DNA of 63,959 nucleotides, filler included, from a bacterium (lineage in GTDB: Bacteria; JALSQH01), in the NCBI GenBank assembly GCA_027004335.1. It is 11 parts of 11 records of this genome, joined end to end, with 100 filler letters (N's around TTAATTAATTAA, not from the genome) between each part and the next. Parts side by side here need not be neighbours in the genome. Positions count along the whole stretch, not along the records: positions 27,761 to 31,169 come from JALTID010000125.1; positions 31,270 to 41,342 come from JALTID010000126.1; 9 more parts are not named here. The stretch is one strand, 5' to 3'. The notes below the pieces were generated by a model, which was given only the letters and a program-made list of their open reading frames with translations, was not told where the DNA came from and did not search any database. How positions within the stretch are numbered: the stretch's first letter is position 1; each line of letters starts with the position of its first letter. Shown here piece after piece: positions 30,898 through 40,622 of the stretch. A program made the translations under genes and the position numbers.

Positions 30898-30916
30898 TCG
30901 GGAAAGGAGGTAGAAG

Positions 30917-31138
30917 GTGGATGAAGAAATTTTCTCCAAGCAATTTCAGGTGGAACAGAAGATTATTTATGTGGATGTTAAAGAAAACAAAAATGGCCGT
31001 TACATAAAAATAAGCGAGAAAAGTGGTGGAAAAAAACATAATGTCTTGATGCCATTAGCAGGACTCAGAAGATTGAAATTGATCCTTGATGAGATTTGTA
31101 AAACTGTGGGAGATGATGGAGGTGAAAATGAGCGGTAA
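30917..31138 (+). CDS. Single PUR-repeat nucleic-acid-binding protein
   Basis: SK...VEQK..Y.DVKEN..GRYIKISE. Confidence 0.8.
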   Translation: MDEEIFSKQFQVEQKIIYVDVKENKNGRYIKISEKSGGKKHNVLMPLAGLRRLKLILDEICKTVGDDGGENER

Positions 31139-31169
31139 ACTGGGAAAAAGGTCTGAGAAGGCGAAAAAG

Positions 31170-31269
31170 NNNNNNNNNNNNNNNNNNNNNNNNNNNNNNN
31201 NNNNNNNNNNNNNTTAATTAATTAANNNNNNNNNNNNNNNNNNNNNNNNNNNNNNNNNNNNNNNNNNNN
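31170..31269. other. Artificial contig linker
   Basis: N44-TTAATTAATTAA-N44. Confidence 0.99.
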
Positions 31270-31853
31270 TGTATTTAAGTAACTACAATCCTGCACACTT
31301 TTCAATGGTACTTCAAAAATATATGGAACTGATAAAAAGTATTAAAAAGAAGGATCTTAAAATTTCAACTGTTACATACCCGGTGGTTCTTGATGATTTT
31401 GAGGATGGAGATCTGGATATAGAGGATCTTGCAGATATTCCGGTAGGTTATCCCTCAGCGGGATGGGATGAGGCAGCTTTTATGGTTTATACCACCATCT
31501 TTGATTCTTTTAATCTGACAGGGAAGAGTGATTTTGTTTATCAATATGCCCTCCTTGCGAAAAAATACTACGGTGATAGAGGGGTAATTGCCCTCGGCAT
31601 AACTAGCGCAAAGACTTATACCCCTGAAAGATTGAAGGAGGAAATCTCTGCTTCATATGCTGGGGGTATTAGAAAAATAATGATTTATTCACTGGAGGGA
31701 ACCTATAAACGCACCGATTATAAATTTTCTCAATGGATGAAAGCGATCTCAGATGCCACTGCACAAATACCCCCTTCTGGTGGTCTCTTTGATATGACCC
31801 ATTCCTTTCTGGAAAGTGTGGATAAGGAACTTAATGGGAAAAATGAAAAATAG
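31270..31853 (+). CDS. Hypothetical protein, probably 5' truncated
   Basis: Open frame to 31853 overlapping the next start. Confidence 0.55.
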
Positions 31854-33342
31854 TGGCAGAAGCCCTTTGTTTCTTATTGCTTCTCTACTCATTTTTCTTT
31901 TTGTCTCTTCCTGCAATTTGAAAAATGAACCTGTAATTACTCCAACTGAATCCGATACAGATGTTATAGAAATATTAAAGAATTATCCTTTCGTAGGGGA
32001 CCTATATCCCTTTCAATTTTCCTCCTATGACAGGAAGGGTGGAAACATGGATGGCTTTGTTTATACCTATATTGGTAAAGAGGAGGGTGATTATATACTG
32101 GCTCAGGGTGAGGGTCCCGGATGTATTACCAGATTCTGGTTCACAACGGTAATCCCCCCAGGGGGAAATCTTTTATTTGATCTTGATGGGAAAAATATAG
32201 AGTATCCTGTTGATTATCTTTTTTCAGGGGTGTACCCTGATTTTGAGTTCCCCCTCGTGGGTGATTCTTCAGCTTCCAGCGGTGGGTGGTATTCCTACCA
32301 TAATTTTTCATTTGATTCAAATTTTAAGATAGTTACTACTCATCTTTTTTCCTACTATCAGATTCAGGGTTTCAGAGGGGGAAAATGTTATTTAAAGAAT
32401 TCAGAACTTCTGGTGCTTCTCCAGAGTGCAGGTATTTATCCATTTTCTAAATCTCCGGAAAATTTTAATAACTTCTCAATACCTTCTGGTGAAAGCAGAA
32501 ATATCTTAAATGTTGGTGGAGAGGGGGAATTGCTCTATCTTCTTGCAAAATTTAGCACTTCTTTTCCCTCTAAGATAACTGTGGAGATCTATTACGATGG
32601 GTTAACTGTTCCATCTGTAAAGCTTCCTCTGGATCTATTCTTTGGAATGGCACCTGCCCCTGAGTCGGGTGAAAAAGTTTATAAGAGTTCTGTGGTAAGC
32701 AACCGTGTAAGTTGTAAAAATCCTCTTTTCTGGGGGAAGAAAGGAGAAATTTATTATTTTTCCTATCCTCTTCCATTTCACAGGAATTTGAAGATATTGA
32801 TTTCCAATGGTTCTTCTACTTCTTTCAATATTTCAACTTTTTCATATCTTCTGGAGACCACTATACCAACAACTTATGGATACCTCTATGCAAATAAGAT
32901 TTCCAGAGCTTCTATTAATAGTAGAAGCTTTAATTTGCTGACGCTCAAAAAGGGGCGGGGAAAAGTTGTGGGAGTGAATCTCAACTACAGAAGCTATATC
33001 CCCTCAGAAGGGTTGGAATTATTTCTTGAAGGAGATGATATTGTTTATTTAAATGGCAACTCTTCATCATCTATTCATGGAACAGGTACCGAAGATTTTT
33101 TTAATGGAGGCTGGTACTTTAAATATGGTCCATTTACTCTCCCGACCCATGGTGAGTATTATCATTATTACAATCCCCAAACCCACCTTGATAGGTTAGG
33201 GGCGTATAGGATTTACCTTGATGATGCTTATTTTTTTCAGAACGGGATCAAATTTCTCCTGGAACATGGTCCCCAAAACGATTTTCCAGCTGACATACGA
33301 GGGGTAGTATACTACTACCTGCTACCCGGAGAAAATCAATAA
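31843..33342 (+). CDS. DUF2961 (GH172-like) lipoprotein
   Basis: Lipobox VSSC; SSYDR.GGN.D, GPGCITRFW, EGDD, GTGTEDFFNGGWY, EHG. Confidence 0.85.
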   Translation: MKNSGRSPLFLIASLLIFLFVSSCNLKNEPVITPTESDTDVIEILKNYPFVGDLYPFQFSSYDRKGGNMDGFVYTYIGKEEGDYILAQGEGPGCITRFWFTTVIPPGGNLLFDLDGKNIEYPVDYLFSGVYPDFEFPLVGDSSASSGGWYSYHNFSFDSNFKIVTTHLFSYYQIQGFRGGKCYLKNSELLVLLQSAGIYPFSKSPENFNNFSIPSGESRNILNVGGEGELLYLLAKFSTSFPSKITVEIYYDGLTVPSVKLPLDLFFGMAPAPESGEKVYKSSVVSNRVSCKNPLFWGKKGEIYYFSYPLPFHRNLKILISNGSSTSFNISTFSYLLETTIPTTYGYLYANKISRASINSRSFNLLTLKKGRGKVVGVNLNYRSYIPSEGLELFLEGDDIVYLNGNSSSSIHGTGTEDFFNGGWYFKYGPFTLPTHGEYYHYYNPQTHLDRLGAYRIYLDDAYFFQNGIKFLLEHGPQNDFPADIRGVVYYYLLPGENQ

Positions 33343-33419
33343 AGAAAGAATGCAGCCTCTCCTCTTTCAGTATCTTTCCCATAGCCTCAACCTCACATGG
33401 TCCCGCTGCATGGTTGATA

Positions 33420-34517
33420 TTAGTGATTATCAAAATTTACCCCTACATAATATAGATCGTATCCTCCTGATCCGCCAGCACGGTTTGAGGAAAAAAACAT
33501 CAAATAATTTTTATATCCGTAGATCCAGTACACACTTGGTCTAAATTCGTCGGCTTTTGTATTTATCGGATAGGGGAAATGCCTTGGTTTTGACCATGAT
33601 TTTGAAGATTCATCATAGGTAGTATAGTACAGATCGTATCCACCTTCTCCCCTTTTCCTGTTTGAAGCAAAAACCATTGTATCATAGAGAACATAGGGGC
33701 AGGTATCATCCGCATCTAGAGTACTTATGCTTGAAATTATTTCCGGTCTTAATTCTTTTGAGTAGTTTTTTAGCCAGAAGTATAGGTCCATAGGGGAAGT
33801 TGCTGAACCTCCGTAGTATTTAGCTTCATTCTGGAGAGAAATTTCGTAAATATTTAACTTACCCTCTTTATCAGAAGAGAATAATAGATGTCCAAAGTCA
33901 TCGAAATAAATATATTTCTCATTATAAACAGTGTTAAACCCGACACTTCTGGGTGTAGGGTCTTCTTGGGTACAATAAAAAATATCAAAATCTCCACGGG
34001 TTGTTTCGGATGTATAAAAATAGACCATATGTTTGCTGAAAATATCTGGATAATCGGCATAAAAATAATCTTCTTCATCGGAATAGTCGGGATATGGTAT
34101 CTCCTCATCATAATTGTGGACAAATTCATAAGGAAGTGATTGAGGAAACATTACTGGACCCAGAATATCGCCTCCAGAAGTTGCCTTGCAAGGGAAATCA
34201 TACTGTTCAATATAACGGTCCGTAATAACCACTTTTTTCTTTTCTGATGATGTAAGACTTTTTTCCTTTTTCAATCTTAGCTCAATGTGTCCTTCTCCTA
34301 CTCTGTACACACCACCTCTGGAGTATCTGTTTGTAGAATAGATAAAATAGAAGCTTACATCATCAGGGGGAGGAGCCATGCTGTTGTAATCATCATATTC
34401 TGTATTTATGTTATTCATATTTTGTGGTATTTCAGATACCTCTGGGTTGTCACTGGAATAATAAATTGGACAGGAAACCAGAAAAAGAATAAAAATTATA
34501 ATCAGTACATTTTTCAT
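33420..34517 (-). CDS. Lipoprotein with PD40/TolB-like repeats
   Basis: LVSC lipobox; repeats FASNR..GEGGYDLY, INT.ADEFRP, FSSNRAGGSGGYDLY. Confidence 0.75.
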   Translation of the reverse strand: MKNVLIIIFILFLVSCPIYYSSDNPEVSEIPQNMNNINTEYDDYNSMAPPPDDVSFYFIYSTNRYSRGGVYRVGEGHIELRLKKEKSLTSSEKKKVVITDRYIEQYDFPCKATSGGDILGPVMFPQSLPYEFVHNYDEEIPYPDYSDEEDYFYADYPDIFSKHMVYFYTSETTRGDFDIFYCTQEDPTPRSVGFNTVYNEKYIYFDDFGHLLFSSDKEGKLNIYEISLQNEAKYYGGSATSPMDLYFWLKNYSKELRPEIISSISTLDADDTCPYVLYDTMVFASNRKRGEGGYDLYYTTYDESSKSWSKPRHFPYPINTKADEFRPSVYWIYGYKNYLMFFSSNRAGGSGGYDLYYVGVNFDNH

Positions 34518-34611
34518 ACTCTTATTATACCCCTTCTCTGTTTCTTTTGACAATGGGAGGTTTGTAAAAATGCTGGTGCCCTTGATTTTTTTTGAGATTT
34601 ATGAGAAAATA

Positions 34612-34632
34612 GACTAAAAGGGTGTTTTGGTC
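34612..34632. promoter_or_regulatory. Putative TetR operator
   Basis: GACTAAAA-N5-TTTTGGTC inverted repeat (7/8) 3 nt before the TetR ATG. Confidence 0.5.
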
Positions 34633-34635
34633 GAG

Positions 34636-35199
34636 ATGAAAAGTGAAATAACAAGAGAGTATATATTAAGAAAGGCTTATGAACTCTTTTCCCACTTTGG
34701 TTTTTATAAAACTGCGATGGACGATATTGCAACAGAGGCCAGGGTGGGGAAGGGGACCATCTACTACTATTTTAAAAGTAAATATGAGCTATTTGCTGAG
34801 GTCCTGCAGAGAGATTCCTTAAGGATTCTTGAGAAGGTTAAAGAGTCAATCTCCGGGGTACCTGTTTCCAGGGATAGGATTTTAAAAGTTTTTCTTTTGC
34901 ATTTAAAAGAGATGAGAGATAGTGCGATTTTAAGACAGACCCTTTCAGATGACAAACTGATGGAGATCCCGGATATCCGTAAAAGCGTGGAAAAGGTGAG
35001 AGAAACTTTTTATTCTTTCTTCAGGGAAATATGCAGGGAGGATTTTGGAGGGGAAAAGACATGCCGTATTTCCCAGATCATTTCTGATCTCATTACCATA
35101 CTTGCACTCTCTCCTTCATACATTTTTAATGAAATAGGAGATGAAAAAAGCACAGAACTTTTCAGATCAATTTTAAAGGGAGTTGCACAGAATGAATAA
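34636..35199 (+). CDS. TetR/AcrR family regulator
   Basis: A.ELF...GF..T.MDDIA..A.VGKGTIYYYFKSK.EL. Confidence 0.95.
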   Translation: MKSEITREYILRKAYELFSHFGFYKTAMDDIATEARVGKGTIYYYFKSKYELFAEVLQRDSLRILEKVKESISGVPVSRDRILKVFLLHLKEMRDSAILRQTLSDDKLMEIPDIRKSVEKVRETFYSFFREICREDFGGEKTCRISQIISDLITILALSPSYIFNEIGDEKSTELFRSILKGVAQNE

Positions 35200-36166
35200 G
35201 GAACTATTTGAAAATGCTGTTGCCCTTATCAGAGGAAAACTTCTCCAGCCAATTCCGGGAGAAGACATAGAACATTTTTTGAAGCTTTTTAAGAAAAAAT
35301 TTGGTGATCACCTCCTTGCTGTTCTTCACTACGGTTCCTTTCTAAGTGATATAACCAGGAAAGAGGATAGTTTCAGAGATTTTTTTGTGGTGGTTGATTC
35401 TTTTCTGGAACTTAAAGGTTTTTCTCAGATGGATAAATTACTGAGTACTTTTTTACCTCCCAATCTCTATTATTATGATGAGGTTGTGGATGGGACAAGA
35501 TATGTTTGTAAATACAATGTAATAACAATTTATGATTTTAATACTTATACCAGTTTTTATCCTCCCGATAACTACCTCCTGGGTAGATTTTCTAAGAGGA
35601 TGGCTCTTCTCTATTATAGGGATGAGAAAGTAATTGACGAGATCGCCACAGGAATGGCAAGATCCGCCTTTTTCACAGGTGAGAAGTCATTTTTTACTAT
35701 TGTAAGACCTGTGACTGTAGAGGAATGGATAATGAATGCCCTCTCTTTCAGTTATATGGCTGAGGAGAGAATAGAGGATTTCAGTGTGAAGAGCAGAGAG
35801 CTTTATCTTGCGGCAAAGGAGTATTACAACAAATTATACGGTGGAATTATTCTAAAGAATCTGGAAGTAGAGGGTGTAGCGAGATACGATTACGGTACAG
35901 GGTTACTCTTCCCGGCAATGAGCAGGGAAGAGTTTATTAACAGGAAAAAAGAGATAGAAGAGTACCTCAGGATTTCCAGAGTGAGGACCAGGTTAAGATG
36001 GCCCAAGATGATTCTCACTGTAGATAAATGGGTGGATCAGCTTTTGTGGAAGCTTGAAAGAGTTCATGGCATCAAGCTTGATATCTCCCCGTGGGAGAGA
36101 AAAATCATCCTTATCACAGGCTGGAGATATTATTTCATCCTGAAGAAGAAGGGAAAGGTAAAATAA
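35192..36166 (+). CDS. Tam41/Mmp37-like nucleotidyltransferase, putative phosphatidate cytidylyltransferase
   Basis: YGS, DFFVVVD, KYNVI, YLLGRFSK, SY.AE.R.E motifs in Tam41 order. Confidence 0.7.
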   Translation: MNKELFENAVALIRGKLLQPIPGEDIEHFLKLFKKKFGDHLLAVLHYGSFLSDITRKEDSFRDFFVVVDSFLELKGFSQMDKLLSTFLPPNLYYYDEVVDGTRYVCKYNVITIYDFNTYTSFYPPDNYLLGRFSKRMALLYYRDEKVIDEIATGMARSAFFTGEKSFFTIVRPVTVEEWIMNALSFSYMAEERIEDFSVKSRELYLAAKEYYNKLYGGIILKNLEVEGVARYDYGTGLLFPAMSREEFINRKKEIEEYLRISRVRTRLRWPKMILTVDKWVDQLLWKLERVHGIKLDISPWERKIILITGWRYYFILKKKGKVK

Positions 36167-36218
36167 GGCTTTTTCCTTTCTTGTAAAAAAAAGTTTTCCT
36201 GCTAAACTTATTTGAAGA

Positions 36219-36773
36219 ATGGCCGAAAGAAAATCCACACTGGGAAGAGATCTTTTAATAATTTTAGGAGCGGGATTCATCGTTCTGGTGTTTCTCTTTG
36301 CGCAGAGGAAAAATTTTCACAGGATGAAATTGGGGCGGGATGCTCCTGGATTTACTCTCCCGGGAATAAGTGGTAAGGATTATTCCTTGAAGGATTTTAG
36401 AGGAAAAGTTGTGCTGCTGAATTTCTGGGCTACCTGGTGTCCTCCCTGTAAAGCTGAGATCCCATCCCTGATAAGGCTTAATCATATGTTTTCAAATGAA
36501 GGTCTTGTGATTCTTGGCATAAGCGAAGATAATAGAGGTGCAGATGTTGTTGTTCCCTTTGCAAAATCATACGGGATGGATTTTGCTGTCCTACTTGATC
36601 CATCAAGAGAGGTAGGGAATCTTTACTCCATTGGAGGAGTTCCAGAAACATTTTTAGTAGGTAAGGATGGAAAAATTAAGTATAAATTTGTAGGTCCCAA
36701 GAACTGGGATTCTCCTGAGATGGTCAAATTTATTACCGTATACTTAAAGGAAAAGGAGGAGAAAGATAGATGA
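36219..36773 (+). CDS. TlpA/ResA thiol-disulfide oxidoreductase
   Basis: N-terminal TM, LNFWATWCPPC, GVPETF. Confidence 0.93.
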   Translation: MAERKSTLGRDLLIILGAGFIVLVFLFAQRKNFHRMKLGRDAPGFTLPGISGKDYSLKDFRGKVVLLNFWATWCPPCKAEIPSLIRLNHMFSNEGLVILGISEDNRGADVVVPFAKSYGMDFAVLLDPSREVGNLYSIGGVPETFLVGKDGKIKYKFVGPKNWDSPEMVKFITVYLKEKEEKDR

Positions 36774-37285
36774 AAAAAATAGTATTTCTACTTTTTCTTT
36801 TTTTCATTTCCACTTCTCTTGGTGGGACAGGATTTGTAGCAGTTGGGAGCAAAGTTCCTGATGTTAAGGTAGTGAGAGCAGATGGGAAGTATGTCTCCCT
36901 TACCTCCTTTAAAGGAAAAGTTGTTTTAATTAATTTCTGGGCAACATGGTGCCCTCCATGTGTGAGAGAGATGCCCGAACTAAATAAGCTTTACAAAAAA
37001 TTTCATAAAAGGGGTCTGGAGGTTCTTCCCATTGCAAATCCAAGAGATTCTGTGGAAAGGGTAAAGTCATTTTTCAAATATGTGGGTATAAGGTTCCCAT
37101 ATTATGTGGATGAGAGTTTTACCGTTACAAGATTATTTGGCGTAAGAGCTCTTCCCACCACCTTTATCGTGGACAGAAAAGGAGTGGTAAGGCAGATTTT
37201 CATAGGGATGAGACCGTGGATGTCTCCACAGTTCATAGATTACTTTAAGTCATTATTAAAAGAAAAAACAGGGAGGAAAAAATGA
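36770..37285 (+). CDS. TlpA/ResA thiol-disulfide oxidoreductase, second copy
   Basis: INFWATWCPPC, LPTTF. Confidence 0.93.
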   Translation: MKKIVFLLFLFFISTSLGGTGFVAVGSKVPDVKVVRADGKYVSLTSFKGKVVLINFWATWCPPCVREMPELNKLYKKFHKRGLEVLPIANPRDSVERVKSFFKYVGIRFPYYVDESFTVTRLFGVRALPTTFIVDRKGVVRQIFIGMRPWMSPQFIDYFKSLLKEKTGRKK

Positions 37286-38004
37286 GAGGATTAAGGTTAT
37301 TTCCTGCTATCTTAATAGTTCTTGCTCTGTTTATTTCTTCTTGTCACAAGAAAAAAGAGGCTAAAAAGCCTCCTTTAACACCTCCTGTAGCTCAAAAAGT
37401 CCAAAATATGCAGCAACGACCCAGACAAACTTCCAGGCCTGCAAATGTAAAAACGGTGAGAATTTCTGACAAGTTTATCCTTGGTGATCCTTCTTCTAAA
37501 TTGGTAATGGTGGAATTTACCGATTTTCAATGCCCCTTCTGCAGAAGGTTTCACGCTCAAACTTTTCCTCTTTTAAAGAAGGAGTATATTGATACTGGAA
37601 AACTTAAATGGGTTACCATCCCATTCCCCTTGAGATTCCATCAGTATGCCTTTCCTGCTGCAAGAGGTTTTATCTGTGCAGGAAAAACTGGAGGGGAAAA
37701 GGCGTACTGGCAGTATTATATGAAAATTTTCAATGTTGAAAGATTAAATCCCTACTCTCCTGTTGAGGTTGCAACGGAAATAGGTCTTAACAGGGGAAAA
37801 TTCTCCAGTTGTATGGATAGCGAAGAGGTTAGAAACGAACTTGCAGGTTTACTGAGTTTTGCCTCTGTTATTGGTGTACGAGGCACTCCCACCTTTATAC
37901 TTGGTAAGGACAATGGTGACGGGACAATGACAGGAGAAATGGTTGTTGGAGCGCAACCGTATGAGATTTTTAAGGATAAAATAGACGCTTTATTATCAAA
38001 ATGA
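37282..38004 (+). CDS. DsbA/BdbD-family lipoprotein
   Basis: ISSC lipobox, EFTDFQCPFC, GVRGTPTF, GAQP. Confidence 0.92.
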   Translation: MRGLRLFPAILIVLALFISSCHKKKEAKKPPLTPPVAQKVQNMQQRPRQTSRPANVKTVRISDKFILGDPSSKLVMVEFTDFQCPFCRRFHAQTFPLLKKEYIDTGKLKWVTIPFPLRFHQYAFPAARGFICAGKTGGEKAYWQYYMKIFNVERLNPYSPVEVATEIGLNRGKFSSCMDSEEVRNELAGLLSFASVIGVRGTPTFILGKDNGDGTMTGEMVVGAQPYEIFKDKIDALLSK

Positions 38005-39248
38005 GAGTAAAATTTGTACCTTCCGATTTTTTTGTTGAGGAGGTAATTAGTCTCCCCATTGATGAGGAAGCTGTGTGGCCCTATGCTCTTTTTAAGCTTG
38101 AAAAGGTGGGCTACAATACCTGGTATATACTCAAGGCGATTTCAGACAGGTATTTCCATTTTGAAGAAGATCCAAGATCGCTCTTTCAGATAGGAGGGCT
38201 AAAAGATAAAAATGCGTATACAGTTCAGTATGTTACCCTTCCCCTTAATTTTTTGAGAGGTAACCCCAAGAGGATCGAGTCCCTTGCCCGGTATCCATTT
38301 GAGTTCAGTAAGCCACGTAGAATGGCGAGATTTACCTTTCTTGGGTATGTGCCCTATCCCATGGGTGCAGACAAGATACTGGGCAATAAATTCGTTCTTA
38401 TTCTTAGAGATCTTGATGAGTTCGCAATTAGAAGTCTTCCAGAATTATTGGAGAAGAAAGAAAGATCAGGTTTCCCCAATTACTATGATTCCCAGAGATT
38501 TTACCATGTAAGAAGTCGCAGTGATTTTGTGGCAAGACTCATCCTCAGAAGAGAGTTTTTAGGTGCTTTGAAACTTTTTTTTACTAATTATCAGGAGGAT
38601 ATAGGAGAGAGAAACAGGGTAAATGAAGAGATCGTAAAAAAATACTGGAAAGACTGGGATATGCTGAAGGATTATTTTAATGGCTTACTCTCTGAGCTTG
38701 TTTTAGATGTTCTGAGTGAAAATAACAAACCAGAATATGCCCTGGGAATGATCAGTGACAGGGTGATGGATTTCCACTTTATGAAGTATCAGGCTTATGT
38801 ATGGAATAAGTTTCTGAACAAGGTATTTCGGATTATTGGGTTAAGAGGTAAGAGCTCTCAAGTTGTTGATATTAACTTGCTTTTCCCTGAATATTTTCCC
38901 TTTCCAGATTTAAAGCTTAATCTTCTTTACAGGAAATGGGCAGAGGAGCCTGGTGATATAGAAGAGCTTAAGGAAATTGTGCTGAGAGCAAAGTCCGAAG
39001 TCCTCAGGGAAGAAGGGATCGAAAACGCATCTTTCAATATTAAAAAGTTCAGGACTACATATTTCAAAAAATTTAGCAGAGATGTATGGGTAAGACCTTC
39101 AATTTTATCGTATGGTGAAGCCGCATTTGATGAAGCTTTCCCTGGAAAATACAGGTACACTTTCTCCTTTACACTTCCTTCAGGCACCTACGCAACAATT
39201 TTCACGAAAGCTATATTTTTAGAGTTGGAAAGAAAAAAGGGGGGATAA
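38001..39248 (+). CDS. truD: tRNA pseudouridine(13) synthase
   Basis: DF.VEE, GLKDK.A.T.Q, GNKF, FPNYY.SQRF, F.LPSG.YAT. Confidence 0.88.
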   Translation: MRVKFVPSDFFVEEVISLPIDEEAVWPYALFKLEKVGYNTWYILKAISDRYFHFEEDPRSLFQIGGLKDKNAYTVQYVTLPLNFLRGNPKRIESLARYPFEFSKPRRMARFTFLGYVPYPMGADKILGNKFVLILRDLDEFAIRSLPELLEKKERSGFPNYYDSQRFYHVRSRSDFVARLILRREFLGALKLFFTNYQEDIGERNRVNEEIVKKYWKDWDMLKDYFNGLLSELVLDVLSENNKPEYALGMISDRVMDFHFMKYQAYVWNKFLNKVFRIIGLRGKSSQVVDINLLFPEYFPFPDLKLNLLYRKWAEEPGDIEELKEIVLRAKSEVLREEGIENASFNIKKFRTTYFKKFSRDVWVRPSILSYGEAAFDEAFPGKYRYTFSFTLPSGTYATIFTKAIFLELERKKGG

Positions 39249-39253
39249 CCCCC
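39233..39253 (-). terminator. Intrinsic terminator after the oxidoreductase gene
   Basis: Minus GGGGG-TTAT-CCCCCC followed by T6. Confidence 0.55.
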
Positions 39254-39257
39254 GATT

Positions 39258-40619
39258 CTATTTGAATTTTTTCTTTCCCACATTAGCAGCAACCAGCACA
39301 GGATCCCATGTTGGAGCAAATGGTGGTGCATAGGCTAAATCAATTTCACTAAGTTCCTTTATTGTCATGTTGTTATGAAGTACGGTAGCAAGGACATCTA
39401 TTCTCAATCCAGTTCCCTGTCCCCCTGCAAGCATGGCCCCGATCAACCTTCCAGATGGTTTCTCTGCTAAGAGTTTCACTGTGATTTTTTCTTTTGTTGG
39501 GAAATATCCTGCTTGTGTTTTGTCAACTATTTCCACCGATTCAAAATCAATGCCTGCCTTTTCTGCATCAACTGTTGAGAGTCCTGTTCTTGCGATTTCC
39601 ACCCCGAAAACTTTTGCAACAGCGCTTCCAAGAGTACCGGGAAATTTTTCCACATCTTTATTAAAAGCTGCGTTGGCACCTGCATATCTTCCGCTTCTAT
39701 TCGCATTTAAGGCGAGTGGCAGAAAAGCTGGTTTCCCTGTTATTCTGTTCTTATACTCCACACAATCACCGCCAGCAAAAATATAGCTGAAGTTTGTTCG
39801 CAGATAATCATTAACTTTTATTGCGCCAGTTTCTCCTAATTCAATTCCTGCTTCTTTAGCTAATTCCACATTGGGCCTGACTCCTATTCCCACCAGAACA
39901 AAGTCAGTTTCTACTTTGCCGTTGTTTGTAATTACTCTTTTGACCTTTCCATTTTCTCCTTCAAAGGCTTCTACCTTTGTTTCAAATTTGAATTTAACAC
40001 CGTTTCTTTCCATCTCGTCTGTAGCGATTTTTGCAATATCAGCGTCCATTGTACCCAGGGCGTGATCAAGAAGTTCTATCACTGTAACATCCATTCCTGT
40101 ATGGGCAAGATTCTCTGCTACTTCCAGTCCGATGAATCCTGCTCCCACAAGCACAGCTTTTGAAGGTTTATTTTCTTCAATGTATTTTTTTATCCTCAAT
40201 CCATCTTTGAGAGTGTGGAGGTAAAAAATATTCTTCAGATCCACGCCAGGGACATTTAATCTCACAGGTGAAGCTCCAGTTGTGTAAATTAATCTATCAA
40301 ACTCCATGGTGAATTCCTCGTCTGTTTCTCTGTTAAGAACCCTTACTTTTTTATTTTTTGCGTCTAATTCAACAACTTCGTGATTAATTCTCACATCTAT
40401 TCCTCTGTCTTTTCTTGCTTTTTCCAGTGGCAGGACAATAAGAGTATCGGGGTCAGTTATAACATTTCCCAGATAGTATGGAAGCCCGCATGCCCCGTAG
40501 GATATGTGAGGGTCTCTTTCAAAGACCACAACTTCAAGTTCTTTGTTTCTTCTCTTAGCTTGACTGGCAGCGCTCATCCCTGCTGCTACTCCTCCAATAA
40601 CTATCAATCGTTCTGGCAT
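39258..40619 (-). CDS. CoA-disulfide reductase / NADH oxidase family flavoprotein
   Basis: IGGVAAGMSAA, SYGACGLPY, GAGFIGLE, DLAYAPPF. Confidence 0.92.
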   Translation of the reverse strand: MPERLIVIGGVAAGMSAASQAKRRNKELEVVVFERDPHISYGACGLPYYLGNVITDPDTLIVLPLEKARKDRGIDVRINHEVVELDAKNKKVRVLNRETDEEFTMEFDRLIYTTGASPVRLNVPGVDLKNIFYLHTLKDGLRIKKYIEENKPSKAVLVGAGFIGLEVAENLAHTGMDVTVIELLDHALGTMDADIAKIATDEMERNGVKFKFETKVEAFEGENGKVKRVITNNGKVETDFVLVGIGVRPNVELAKEAGIELGETGAIKVNDYLRTNFSYIFAGGDCVEYKNRITGKPAFLPLALNANRSGRYAGANAAFNKDVEKFPGTLGSAVAKVFGVEIARTGLSTVDAEKAGIDFESVEIVDKTQAGYFPTKEKITVKLLAEKPSGRLIGAMLAGGQGTGLRIDVLATVLHNNMTIKELSEIDLAYAPPFAPTWDPVLVAANVGKKKFK

Positions 40620-40622
40620 TTT

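Noticed and set aside
33343-33420. Possible integron attC site after the PD40 gene
   Set aside because: No properly placed RYYYAAC/GTTRRRY boxes and no long paired stem.
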